Shown here: piece by piece, positions 17,459-26,829 of the stretch
Layout of the letters: each line of letters begins with the position of its first letter
Position numbering within the stretch: the first letter of the stretch is position 1
Assembly: GCA_025340205.1 (NCBI GenBank)
Contig: CP006868.1
Location: 60,001 to 92,000 of the forward strand
From: Ignicoccus pacificus DSM 13166
GTDB lineage: Archaea > Thermoproteota > Thermoprotei_A > Sulfolobales > Ignicoccaceae
Length of the DNA stretch: 32,000 bases
Direction: 5' to 3'
Position numbers and translations under genes: made by a program
Notes under the pieces: generated by a model
Told to the model about the DNA's origin: nothing
What the model saw: only the letters and a program-made list of their open reading frames with translations
Databases searched by the model: none

Positions 17459-17824
17459 TCAAGAGGAGGCTTTTAAATATTCTTCAACTTTCTTTAGTGC
17501 CTCCTCAACGCTCGTTTTTGGTTCCACATGCACTACCTTCTTCCCATGCTTTTTCATGAACTCTTCTCCTCCAGGACCGAAGAACGTGTAAACGAAGACG
17601 TCGCATCTCTCGTTTAAATTAAGTATTTCTTTCCTCTTTTTCATGGTTGCATGTTCGTGTCCATGATCTTCATCTTCTTTAAAAGGATTTTCCACCTTCT
17701 CCATGAGCCTCCACTTGCCATTCTCATAAACAAAATGAAGGTAATACTTAGCATCACCAAAGTGACCTAGCTTTACAGTTCTCTCGTCATCCGTAGGAAT
17801 GACCACGCAGATCATAGCTCTCAC
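17459..17824 (-). CDS. NifX/dinitrogenase iron-molybdenum cofactor-type domain protein with a His-rich segment
   Basis: IPTDDERTVKLGHFGDAKYYLHF, DEDHGHEHATMKKRK, CDVFVYTFFGPGGEEFMKKHGKKVV. Confidence 0.72.
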   Translation of the reverse strand: MRAMICVVIPTDDERTVKLGHFGDAKYYLHFVYENGKWRLMEKVENPFKEDEDHGHEHATMKKRKEILNLNERCDVFVYTFFGPGGEEFMKKHGKKVVHVEPKTSVEEALKKVEEYLKASS

Positions 17825-17855
17825 GAGTTAGGCATCCCTAAGGGGTTAGAAATAC

Positions 17856-18668
17856 CTAATTGGGCAGGTAAGCGGGCTGGGTAGGGAGATCGGCTACTAT
17901 CGGTTTTCCGAACTCACTCAATGCCTCTAGTACGTCCTCAACCTTGTCTGGCTCCACCAAGCTGACGTAAGATGGTCCGTTTCCCGAGACGGCGGAGGCT
18001 AGTGCTCCAGATTCTATGGCCTTCTGGATAGGTTTTGCTGAATAATTGAGCGCGGCTGCCACAAGTAGGCCGTTAAACGTCATCGCCTCAAAGGGATCCT
18101 CCTCTATCATCTTGAATACCTTTCCGAACTCCTTCTTGAACGCCTTCAATCTTCTAGATACCTCCTCGAAGGACATCCCCCTTCCTCCCTTCGGGAGGAC
18201 CACTGCTTTGAGGCCCTTCAGCATAATTCTCTTTAGTATAATCATATTCCTGTTATCGGTCACCACTAATCCACCTAACAAGCTTGCAGAGGCGTCATCA
18301 AAGGCTCCGGTAACGGTTACTCCGGCCCTCTTTGAGGCAGCGACGGACATCTTCAGCACCATGTAAGGCGAAGGTGATAATCCGCAGAGCTTCAGGAGGG
18401 CTAACGTCATCGCGTTTGCTGCAGCCGAGGAGGACTTAAGCCCCCCACCAGCGGGTATCTCTGATTCGGTCCAAACCCTCACGTTGCCTAACTCACAGAC
18501 CTTACTAACCTCGTTTATCACTTCCCTAGCTAGAGCATTAGGATAGCTCATTTCATCGCTTTTAACAGCATAAGCTTTAACTCTCAAGTTTATCGCAAAT
18601 GCCGCCCCTTTCCAAGTAGCTATGGCGTTTAGGACAGAGCCCCCACCGTAGGCAAAGGCCTCTACCAA
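17856..18668 (-). CDS. aroK: Archaeal (GHMP-type) shikimate kinase
   Basis: ESEIPAGGGLKSSSAAANAMTLALLKL (GHMP ATP loop), TGAFDDASASLLGGLVVTDN, SGNGPSYVSLV. Confidence 0.88.
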   Translation of the reverse strand: MVEAFAYGGGSVLNAIATWKGAAFAINLRVKAYAVKSDEMSYPNALAREVINEVSKVCELGNVRVWTESEIPAGGGLKSSSAAANAMTLALLKLCGLSPSPYMVLKMSVAASKRAGVTVTGAFDDASASLLGGLVVTDNRNMIILKRIMLKGLKAVVLPKGGRGMSFEEVSRRLKAFKKEFGKVFKMIEEDPFEAMTFNGLLVAAALNYSAKPIQKAIESGALASAVSGNGPSYVSLVEPDKVEDVLEALSEFGKPIVADLPTQPAYLPN

Positions 18669-18678
18669 CGTCTCACCC

Positions 18679-19443
18679 TCACGTCAAGTCTCCACAACTG
18701 CAGTAGACCTCATGGATCAGGTCGTAAAGTTCTTTCATTCCTTCGCCGGTCTTAGCTGAGACAGCTAAGGCCCTCTCTGAAGGGGAGTACTTCTCAGCAA
18801 CTTGAGCTAGGTCTAATAACATATCTCCAGCTATTCCTCCGACCTTGTCCGCGACCATCTTGGCGAATTCTTCAGGGTTCTCGATAAGCATCCTAACTAC
18901 GTCCAGCTCTTGGTCGCTAAGTAGATCTATCTTGTTAATTACAGTAACTACTTGTAGCTCCACTTTCGACTGCAGTATTAGACTCAATAAATACGACGTC
19001 ATCAAGTCTTCTGGGCTTTTAGCAAGAGAACCATCGACTATGTATATCAAGAGAACGGGTTTCATCATTTCGAGTCTCTTTAAGAACTTCGTCCCCTCTG
19101 GTCTGAACATGAACATCTCCAACTGGCCTGGTGTGTCTATTAACACATAGTCGTAGAATCCCGTAAACGCTGGATCCCTAACGATCTTCCTCTCATACTC
19201 ACCTAAGAGCTCTGCAGCCTTCAAGAAGGCGCCGTTTGGCCCTAATCCGTATCTTCTCATTATATCTCTTATGGTGAAGAACTTCCTTATGTCGAAGTTA
19301 GGTTCATATGGCAGAACCTCCGCTCCGGGATCCAAGTTGATTACGCTAAGCCTTAGCCCTACCTCCTCTTTCATCCACTTACTTAACGTTGCAACTAGAG
19401 AGCTCTTTCCGGAACCGGCGGTGCCGGCGAATACCAAGAACAT
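18679..19443 (-). CDS. GPN-loop GTPase (track start 19605 is too long; ATG 19443 = MFLVFAGTAGSGKSSL)
   Basis: FAGTAGSGKSSL P-loop, NLDPGAEVLPYEPNFDIR, GPNGAF, LIDTPGQLEMF, VINKIDLL. Confidence 0.92.
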   Translation of the reverse strand: MFLVFAGTAGSGKSSLVATLSKWMKEEVGLRLSVINLDPGAEVLPYEPNFDIRKFFTIRDIMRRYGLGPNGAFLKAAELLGEYERKIVRDPAFTGFYDYVLIDTPGQLEMFMFRPEGTKFLKRLEMMKPVLLIYIVDGSLAKSPEDLMTSYLLSLILQSKVELQVVTVINKIDLLSDQELDVVRMLIENPEEFAKMVADKVGGIAGDMLLDLAQVAEKYSPSERALAVSAKTGEGMKELYDLIHEVYCSCGDLT

Positions 19444-19534
19444 TTTCTCACCCCTGAAAGCTCCGGGTAGAGGTTTAGGAAGCTCTAACCTAAGGTCTTG
19501 AACCTCAAGAGATAACAACTTCAGGGACGAAGGG

Positions 19535-20722
19535 ATGCTCTCAGTAATCATCCTAGCTGCTGGGAAAGGCGAGAGGATGAGGCCGCTGACCTCCACCAGA
19601 CCCAAGCCGCTTCTTCCGGTAGTGCTCGGAGAGACGTTGCTAGATAGATGGATAAGGAGCGTGAACGAGAAAGCAAGCGAGATAATCGTAGTTGCTAAGG
19701 AAAAGATCGATATAATAGCAGAGCACTTGAAAGAGCGTTATCCAGACGTAAAGTTAGTTGAGCAAGGGGAAGAAAAGGGAACAGGAGCAGCGCTTCGATA
19801 TGGCTTGAAAGCAACAAGGGGCGATGAGGTATTAGTGATCTTCTCGGATATTTACCTTCAGAGACCCAAGGAGAACTTAGAACGCCTTCTAAAGGAAGTC
19901 CCCTCGCTATTGGCCTACGAGGTGGACGACGTAAGCCAGTTTGGTGCACTGAGAGTGGAAAACGGCATCGTGAAGGAGGTTTTGGAGAAGAAGGGCAAAG
20001 GGAGAGGGCTGATCTTTGCTGGATTAATGGTAGCCAAGAAAAGCGAACTAGTCAAAGTATTGGATAATTTGAATATATCGGAGAGAGGAGAATACGAGCT
20101 AACTCAAGCGATCCCGAGCCTCGAAATGAAGCCCGTCAAGGTGGAGGGAGGATGGGTTGACGTGGGAAGACCTTGGGACGTATTCGAAGTGAGCAAGCTT
20201 GAAATGGAGATCATTGATGGAATGGAAAATCCTTGGGGTCCCGGGAAGATCTATGGTACCAAGCCGAAGGTGAAGGGAGATGTGTACGTAGAAGGTCCGG
20301 TGTTCTTCGGGGAAGACGTGGAAATAGGTCCTTATTCTCATATTAGACCATATACGGTCTTGTTGAAGGGAGTTAAGGTAGGTCCATTCGTTCAGATAAA
20401 GAACTCATACGTAATGGAATATAGTAGGCTTCCCCACTTGAACTACATCGGCGATAGCGTTGTGGCTGAAGACGTTAACTTCGGGGCTGGATCTATAACG
20501 GCCAACTTGAGGTTTGATGAAAGACCAGTAAAGGTTACATTGAAAGGAGAGAGGGTGAACAGCGGTAGAAGAAAGCTCGGAGCGATCGTTGGAGCTCATG
20601 CTAGGATAGGGATAAACGTCAGTCTCATGCCCGGCGTTAAGGTAGGCGCCTACAGCTGGATTTATCCGGGATGTGTGGTGACGAGGGACGTGGAGGACGG
20701 TGAGAGGTACAAGTGCTGGTGA
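19535..20722 (+). CDS. GlmU-like sugar-phosphate nucleotidyltransferase / left-handed beta-helix acyltransferase
   Basis: VIILAAGKGERMRPLTSTRPKPLLPV, VDVGRPWDVFEV, hexapeptide-like C-terminus (NFGAGSITANLRFD; RRKLGAIVGAHARIGINVSLMPGVKVGAYSWIYPG). Confidence 0.88.
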   Translation: MLSVIILAAGKGERMRPLTSTRPKPLLPVVLGETLLDRWIRSVNEKASEIIVVAKEKIDIIAEHLKERYPDVKLVEQGEEKGTGAALRYGLKATRGDEVLVIFSDIYLQRPKENLERLLKEVPSLLAYEVDDVSQFGALRVENGIVKEVLEKKGKGRGLIFAGLMVAKKSELVKVLDNLNISERGEYELTQAIPSLEMKPVKVEGGWVDVGRPWDVFEVSKLEMEIIDGMENPWGPGKIYGTKPKVKGDVYVEGPVFFGEDVEIGPYSHIRPYTVLLKGVKVGPFVQIKNSYVMEYSRLPHLNYIGDSVVAEDVNFGAGSITANLRFDERPVKVTLKGERVNSGRRKLGAIVGAHARIGINVSLMPGVKVGAYSWIYPGCVVTRDVEDGERYKCW

Positions 20723-20809
20723 TGAGGAGGCCGTCCCAGAGCGAGGGATGAGCTGTAGCAAACCAACCGAACCTCTACATATATAGCTCCTCTCGTCGCC
20801 TCCATCGCA

Positions 20810-21847
20810 ATGAACGCGCTCTACGAGGCATTACTAGCGCTTTGGGAGGGAAGAGAGCCAAACTACAGTCTAGTACTAGGTACAGAGGGCGGGAGTGAAG
20901 GAGCGGTAAGGGAACTCGTGTCCTCTTTATGGGTTAAGTGCTACAATGAAGGGAAGAGAAGGATCTGCGTGTACTCATATAAGAGGATACCGAAACATCC
21001 CATACCCCTGCTGCTGGACGCCAGGGGAACGGTGATCTCGTGGGATAAGGACGGTCCTCACTTGCTGGCTTATCCCTTTCACAAGTTCTTTAACGTAGGT
21101 GAGATCGATTATCCTAATGGAACGCCTCTCTATGCATTCGAAAAACTGGATGGAACAATGATAAGTGTCTTCTGGGACGGCGAAAGGCTTAGGGCTGCTA
21201 CGAGGAAGAGGATGGACATAGATTCCCCCTTCGCCTCAAAGGCCTTGGAGATGCTGGATAACTTCGATCCTAAGGGACATACCTATGTCTTTGAGCTTCT
21301 TGGGCCCGGATGTGGTAGTCCATGGGTTGGAGTGAGGGAGGAAGTCGATGAACTCTTGATCAAAGAGGGTGGCTGGAGACTTGTACCCTTAGCTAAGAGG
21401 AATATGAATGATTTGAAGCTCTTCCCCCTACCAGGCCCTAGATCCTTCAGGGTAAGAGACTGGGGGGAAGCGAAGGAGATAGCCGAAAGAGAGGGTATAG
21501 AAGGAATGGTACTCTGGTATGAAGAAGGGACTGTAAGGCCGAAGATGTATAAGGTGAAGTCAAAGAGATACTCCAATTTAATAGAATTACTAAACCAAGG
21601 ATATTCCGGTTTAGCAAGAATAATATTAAAAGGAAAACTGGATGATATTGCCAGGTTCCTTGACAAAAGAGTCTACGAAAAGGCAAAACTCATCGAGGAA
21701 AAGCTTGATGAGATAACGAAAGCGACGATAAGCGGCTTTATCGAAGACGAGGACGTCAAGGAGTGGTTGAGTATCGATCCGGAGAGAGCGGTAGAGGAGG
21801 TGGTGAAGAAGTGCCTGCGGGAGAACTGCCGAGAACTGTTATCGTAG
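20810..21847 (+). CDS. T4 Rnl1-like RNA ligase
   Basis: YPFHKFFNVGE, EKLDGTMISVFWDGE (motif I), YVFELLGPGC, EGMVLWYEEGTVRPKMYKVKSKRY (motifs IV/V). Confidence 0.82.
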   Translation: MNALYEALLALWEGREPNYSLVLGTEGGSEGAVRELVSSLWVKCYNEGKRRICVYSYKRIPKHPIPLLLDARGTVISWDKDGPHLLAYPFHKFFNVGEIDYPNGTPLYAFEKLDGTMISVFWDGERLRAATRKRMDIDSPFASKALEMLDNFDPKGHTYVFELLGPGCGSPWVGVREEVDELLIKEGGWRLVPLAKRNMNDLKLFPLPGPRSFRVRDWGEAKEIAEREGIEGMVLWYEEGTVRPKMYKVKSKRYSNLIELLNQGYSGLARIILKGKLDDIARFLDKRVYEKAKLIEEKLDEITKATISGFIEDEDVKEWLSIDPERAVEEVVKKCLRENCRELLS

Positions 21848-22209
21848 CTACTTGTAGGCCTGGCAAGGAGTTCAGAGCATCTGAGGAGTTAATGGATATC
21901 ATCATGCCTTTTGACACTACTGTAATGATTAGCGAATATGGTAAGGGAGTGGTGGTGGGAAGTAGTAAGCTAAAACCCAATGTGCTTAAGAATATATTAA
22001 CAGGGAAGATATCATCTTACGTCAACTATATCTACTTAGCAAACGAGTTATGTGATAATTGTAACGCCATAAAGAAGGGATGTTTAAAGGTCGTAAAAGA
22101 TGGTAAGGAGGGTATTTGTATTGGGAAGTGCGTCTTAAGGATAAAGCTTGTCATGAAGGCGAGGAATGGTATTATTAGAGAAATTGAATGGGACAACAAT
22201 GGGAAATAA
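21811..22209 (+). CDS. Small Cys-rich protein, possibly THUMP-like; probable start GTG 21811
   Basis: RTVIVATCRPGKEFRASEELMDIIM..., then CDNCNAIKKGC...GICIGKCVLRI. SD-like GGAGGTGG at 21796-21803; overlaps the ligase end by 37 nt. Confidence 0.65.
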   Translation: MPAGELPRTVIVATCRPGKEFRASEELMDIIMPFDTTVMISEYGKGVVVGSSKLKPNVLKNILTGKISSYVNYIYLANELCDNCNAIKKGCLKVVKDGKEGICIGKCVLRIKLVMKARNGIIREIEWDNNGK

Positions 22210-22244
22210 TCCTATCCCAACGAGCTACACACGGTAGGCAGACG

Positions 22245-23318
22245 TTGAGGGTTATAGTAGTAGGTAACGGCTTTGGAGCGCTCTCAGCTGCTTATGCTGC
22301 AGAGAAAAATGATTTAGAAATAGTCCAAGTAGGACCAGAGAAGTTTGAGTACTTGCCCTCCCTGGCTAAGATATTGAGCGGTAGAAAGAAAGGTGAAGAC
22401 TTGATGACCAAACCAAACTTTAGGTGGGAGCACGTTAACTCAATGGTAAAGGAAGTTATCGAAGAGGGGGATAAGGTAATAGTCACCACGGAGGAGGGCG
22501 AGAAGATCGAAGGAGATTACGCAGTAGTCTCCCCCGGAGCCCTTCCTTGGGTACCCGTCGAGGGAGCCATGCCTCTCTATAGAGTATCTCACGCAGTTAA
22601 CATCAAGAAGAAGCTGGATGAAGTCGGAAAGGATGCTAACGTAGTTGTAGTAGGCTCTGGACTCGTCGGTCTCGAGGCAGCTGGTGAATTAGCTTGGAGT
22701 AGGGAGGCTGGACTAAGTAATTACAGGGTGAAGATAGTTGAGGCGGCTCCGACAATATCTCCGACGTTACCTTGTAACAAGGTGAGGCCGATAATTTTGA
22801 GGAAGCTGAAGGAGCACGGTATAGAGTATTACTTGAACGCTATGGTTTCTGACATAAAGGACGGCAAGGTAGTAACTAAAGATGGTAGGGAGATAGACGC
22901 GGACGTGGTCATCTGGGCGGCCGGAGTCCAAGGTCCAAAAGTGGAAATAAAATGTGCTCAGAAAGGTCGTAGAGGATTCTATGACGTCGACGAATACATG
23001 AAGGGGGTTGGGTGTAAGAGAACTTACATTATTGGTGATGCATCGAACAGTAAGTCGTTGAAGATGGCAGAGGAAGCTATGAGGCAAGGTTGGTACTCTA
23101 TATTAAACATAGTAGGTAAGAAGAAAGAGCCATATAAACCATTCCTCACAGCGGAAAGACCTTACTGTTTCATCACCTTAGGAGCTAGGGATGGCGTAAG
23201 CGTCTTGAATAAGGTAGTTATTCCCGGAAGACTGGCCCCGGTAATGAAAGACTTGTTCGAGGTCTGGATGCTTAGAATGGCCAGAGCTGCTAAGATGAGG
23301 CCTCCGGTTCCAGTGTGA
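22245..23318 (+). CDS. Pyridine nucleotide-disulfide oxidoreductase family (NDH-2/SQR-like); probable TTG start 22245
   Basis: LRVIVVGNGFGALSAAYAA, VVVVGSGLVGLEAAGELAWSREA, VIWAAGVQG, RTYIIGDASN. Confidence 0.85.
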   Translation: MRVIVVGNGFGALSAAYAAEKNDLEIVQVGPEKFEYLPSLAKILSGRKKGEDLMTKPNFRWEHVNSMVKEVIEEGDKVIVTTEEGEKIEGDYAVVSPGALPWVPVEGAMPLYRVSHAVNIKKKLDEVGKDANVVVVGSGLVGLEAAGELAWSREAGLSNYRVKIVEAAPTISPTLPCNKVRPIILRKLKEHGIEYYLNAMVSDIKDGKVVTKDGREIDADVVIWAAGVQGPKVEIKCAQKGRRGFYDVDEYMKGVGCKRTYIIGDASNSKSLKMAEEAMRQGWYSILNIVGKKKEPYKPFLTAERPYCFITLGARDGVSVLNKVVIPGRLAPVMKDLFEVWMLRMARAAKMRPPVPV

Positions 23319-23335
23319 TCTGGTGTGAAATTGGT

Positions 23336-23644
23336 TTATTGTTCGCCCACTTTATGAGGTCTTAGGTGCTCTGGCCTTACTATTATGGTCTTGTAGACGT
23401 TTCCATCTCTTACCTTCACTATGTAGGATCTCCCCCTCTTCCCTACTACCTCTCCGACCTTTCCATGGAACCTTCTGTGAGGCATGCCGGCCCATATCGC
23501 TGGGTTGGCCTTTATCACTACCTTGTCTCCAGGCTTGTAGTCTATTAACAATAAGCTAAGGGGAGGTACGGCTCCCTTCTCTCTCGGCCTCTTTCTGAAC
23601 ACGTGCCTCGTCTTATGCCTCCAACCCTTAGGTGGCTTCACCAT
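23336..23644 (-). CDS. rpl21e: 50S ribosomal protein L21e
   Basis: TRHVFRKRPREKGAVPPLSLLL..YKPGDKVVI...PAIWAGMPHRRFHGKVGEVVGKRGRSYIVKV.DGN..K.IIVRPEHLRP. Confidence 0.95.
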   Translation of the reverse strand: MVKPPKGWRHKTRHVFRKRPREKGAVPPLSLLLIDYKPGDKVVIKANPAIWAGMPHRRFHGKVGEVVGKRGRSYIVKVRDGNVYKTIIVRPEHLRPHKVGEQ

Positions 23645-23749
23645 TTCTACTACACCCGGGATCGGTGAGGGAGCTCATTATATAAGGCCTCTCACAGCCC
23701 CTCTTGAGCTGACGGAGCGTATAAGGCCCATCGCGTATGAGGGTCTGGC

Positions 23750-25417
23750 GTGGGACGCGTGAGGAGAAGCGAGATCTTCTTAAGGCCAGAGTTTGCCCCC
23801 CACAGAGCCCTATGGAGGGCCTCAGGCCTCATCGATGAAGAGCTCAAGAGGCCTTTGATAGGCGTTGCCAACGCTTGGAACGAGATAGTTCCGGGTCACG
23901 TTCACTTGGACAAGGTAGCTCAAGCGGTTAAAGCTGGCATAAGGATGGCCGGCGGAACGCCACTCGAGTTCGGCACCATAGGCGTGTGTGATGGAATAGC
24001 CATGGGTCATGAAGGAATGAGGTACTCTCTTCCCTCTAGAGAAGTAATTGCTGATACCGTTGAAATCATGGTAGAAGCGCACGCTTTAGACGGAGTAGTT
24101 CTTGTTACCAACTGCGACAAGATAACCCCAGGCTTCTTGCTGGCAGCCGCTAGGTTGGAGGTACCGGTAATCGTAATTAACGGAGGACCTATGATGCCGG
24201 GAGTGTACCACAATCAAAGAATAGACTTTAAGGACTTGATGGAGAGGATGAACGTATTGATAAAGGAAGGCAAGCTAGACGAACTGAGGAAGCTCGAGGA
24301 GAGTGCCCTTCCTGGCCCAGGAAGCTGTGCCGGCTTGTTCACAGCTAATACCATGAACATGCTAACTGAGGCGTTGGGCCTGATGTTGCCGGGAGCCTCT
24401 ACCGTGCCAGCAGTTGAGGCGAGAAGGATATGGTACGCTAAGAAGACTGGTATGAGGATAGTTGAAATGGTGAAGGAGGGGTTAACCCCAGATAAGATAC
24501 TGACCCAGAAGGCGTTGGAAAATGCCATAGCGGTTGACATGGCTCTCGGAGGTTCCACCAATTCCGTCCTTCACCTAAGCGCTTTGGCCTATGAATTAGG
24601 CCTAGACTTCCCGTTGGAGAAGTTCGACGAGATAAGTAGGAAGGTACCCCACATAGCTTCCATCTCTCCTGCTGGAAAGCACTTCGTGGTAGACTTGGAC
24701 AGAGCCGGAGGGATCCCCGCCGTACTAAAGGAGCTGGGTGAGGCCGGTCTGATACATAAGGACGCCTTGACCGTTACTGGCAAGACCGTTTGGGAGAACG
24801 TGAAAGACGCCGTAGTAAAGGACCCAGAGGTCATAAGACCATTAAGCGATCCCTATCATCCATTTGGGGGCCTAGCAATACTCAAGGGTACCTTAGCTCC
24901 AAGGGGAGCGGTGGTGAAGGCTTCCGCGGTGAAGAAGGAGCTCTGGAAGTTCAAGGGTAAGGCTAAGGTGTTCGACGGTGAGGAGAAGGCAGTGGAGGCC
25001 ATTAGAAATGGAGAAATAGAACCAGGTACCGTAATTGTGATTAGGTACGAGGGACCAAAGGGAGGACCCGGAATGAGAGAGATGCTCACCGCGACAGCTG
25101 CCGTGATGGCATTGGGCCTCGGTGACCAGGTGGCCCTAGTAACAGATGGTAGATTCTCCGGAGCTACTAGAGGCCCAGCTATAGGTCACGTCTCTCCCGA
25201 GGCAGCTGAGGGAGGACCGATAGCCCTAGTCCAAGACGGAGACGAAATACTAATTGATATAGAGAGCAGGAGGTTGGATCTGTTGGTTGATGAGAAGGAA
25301 CTTGAGGAGAGGAAGGCCAAGTGGAAGCCGCTGAAGAAGCCTCTGAGAAGGGGGATACTAAGGAGGTACGCTAAGATGGCGTTGAGCGCTGACAAGGGAG
25401 GAGCTCTGGAGTACTGA
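23750..25417 (+). CDS. ilvD: Dihydroxy-acid dehydratase
   Basis: [82 protein letters not shown]. Confidence 0.95.
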   Translation: MGRVRRSEIFLRPEFAPHRALWRASGLIDEELKRPLIGVANAWNEIVPGHVHLDKVAQAVKAGIRMAGGTPLEFGTIGVCDGIAMGHEGMRYSLPSREVIADTVEIMVEAHALDGVVLVTNCDKITPGFLLAAARLEVPVIVINGGPMMPGVYHNQRIDFKDLMERMNVLIKEGKLDELRKLEESALPGPGSCAGLFTANTMNMLTEALGLMLPGASTVPAVEARRIWYAKKTGMRIVEMVKEGLTPDKILTQKALENAIAVDMALGGSTNSVLHLSALAYELGLDFPLEKFDEISRKVPHIASISPAGKHFVVDLDRAGGIPAVLKELGEAGLIHKDALTVTGKTVWENVKDAVVKDPEVIRPLSDPYHPFGGLAILKGTLAPRGAVVKASAVKKELWKFKGKAKVFDGEEKAVEAIRNGEIEPGTVIVIRYEGPKGGPGMREMLTATAAVMALGLGDQVALVTDGRFSGATRGPAIGHVSPEAAEGGPIALVQDGDEILIDIESRRLDLLVDEKELEERKAKWKPLKKPLRRGILRRYAKMALSADKGGALEY

Positions 25418-25533
25418 AGCCCTCCGCCAAGGGTGGGATCCTCATCACTCGGCCCCTAAGGTCTTCTTCATCGGCAAGCCCCCACCCCCTGGAACCTTTA
25501 ACTCCATAGCTCTTCAAGTCTGAGGGTGCGATT

Positions 25534-26736
25534 TTGGTAACGCCCTTACTTGGTCTCGTCGGAAAAACAAATGTCGGTAAGTCTGCCTTCTTCGCTGCCG
25601 CCACCCTAGTTGAAGTGCCTTCAGAGAACAGACCCTTCGTAACAATAGAACCTCATGTAGGAGTCGCGTATTTGAGAAAGAGGTGTGTTCACCCTGAACT
25701 TGGATTAGAGAAGTGCGATCCTATGGATGGCTTTTGTTTGAAGGGATGGAGGTTCATCCCCGTCAAGCTCGTAGACGTCGCCGGCTTGGTACCGGGTGCT
25801 TCGGAAGGGAGGGGTCTCGGTACACAGTTTCTAGACGCCGTGAGGAGAGCCGACGCGTTATTGATCGTAGTAGACGCTTCTGGAAGCACGGACGCCGAAG
25901 GAAACCCTGTACCTCCCGGAACTCACGATCCTAGAGAAGACGTTAGGATACTCTTGAAAGAGTTCTCCGGATGGATGTTTAACCAAATAACGAAAGATTG
26001 GAAGAGCTTCGCTATGAGGGTTGACACTTCCGGCGAAAGACCTGAGGAGGCTCTCTTTCAGAGGTTAAGCGGCTTTAGCGTGAAGAGGGAACAAATAATA
26101 AAGGCGTTAGAAGAACTTAACCCTCCCTCTAAGCTTAGTAAATGGAGCGAAGACGATCTGAGAAAGTTCATCGAGAAGCTGGTAGAGTTGAGGCCAAAGG
26201 TTATAGTCGCTAACAAGGTGGATGTGGAGGGAGCGGAGAAGGGAGTAGAGCTTCTTAAGGAAGAGTTCCCCTACCCGGTAATACCCACCTCGGCCGTAGC
26301 CGAACTCATATTGAGGAAGGCAGCGAAAGCCGGCTTGATAGAGTACATTCCTGGAGATTCGGACTTCAAGGAACTCAAACAGTTGGACCATAAGCAAAAG
26401 AAGGTCCTAGATGTAATAAGGAAGAAGGTGTTAGAGAAGTGGGGATCCACAGGAGTAGTTCAAGCCCTCAATGAAGCGGTGTTCAATCAACTTGATATGG
26501 TAGTGGTGTATCCAGTTCACGACGCTCATAAGTTCACTGATACTGAGGGAAGAGTGCTTCCAGAAGCAAGGTTGGTACCTCGGGGTACTACTGTAAAGGA
26601 GTTCGCCGCTTCCATACACACGGACCTCGCTAAGGGCTTTCTCTATGCAATAGACGCCAAAACAGGAAGGAAGCTCGGTGCTGACCACTTGGTAGAAGAT
26701 AACATGATTCTCAAGATAGTTAGCGCTAAGCGTTAA
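25534..26736 (+). CDS. TRAFAC GTPase of the YchF/Ygr210 type with C-terminal TGS domain
   Basis: LGLVGKTNVGKSAFFAAATL, NRPFVTIEPHVGV, LVDVAGLVPGASEGRGLG, ANKVDVEGA, TVKEFAASIHTDLAKGFLYA. Confidence 0.9.
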   Translation: MVTPLLGLVGKTNVGKSAFFAAATLVEVPSENRPFVTIEPHVGVAYLRKRCVHPELGLEKCDPMDGFCLKGWRFIPVKLVDVAGLVPGASEGRGLGTQFLDAVRRADALLIVVDASGSTDAEGNPVPPGTHDPREDVRILLKEFSGWMFNQITKDWKSFAMRVDTSGERPEEALFQRLSGFSVKREQIIKALEELNPPSKLSKWSEDDLRKFIEKLVELRPKVIVANKVDVEGAEKGVELLKEEFPYPVIPTSAVAELILRKAAKAGLIEYIPGDSDFKELKQLDHKQKKVLDVIRKKVLEKWGSTGVVQALNEAVFNQLDMVVVYPVHDAHKFTDTEGRVLPEARLVPRGTTVKEFAASIHTDLAKGFLYAIDAKTGRKLGADHLVEDNMILKIVSAKR

Positions 26737-26829
26737 TGGCCATGGTTGGTTTACTTATCGAATGGTCAAATAAAGGATAAAATGCTTTACATAGGGGTAG
26801 TGTGTGGAAACACCTAGAGGTGTATAGCT

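Noticed and set aside
19444-19605. N-terminal extension of the GPN-loop GTPase ORF
   Set aside because: The P-loop normally sits at the very N-terminus. The extension is antisense to the start of the GlmU-like gene, and MFLVFAGTAGSGKS at 19443 is the natural start.
20719-20770. Possible C/D box sRNA (GGTGATGA...GGATGAG) after the GlmU-like gene
   Set aside because: The first motif overlaps the stop codon and no proper D/D' boxes are present at the expected spacing.
25371-25604. Minus-strand 77-aa ORF and a possible C/D box sRNA (GTGATGA, CGATGA) between ilvD and the YchF-like GTPase
   Set aside because: The ORF mostly overlaps coding sequence at both ends. The box C-like motifs lack a convincing downstream CTGA box D, so I cannot support an sRNA.
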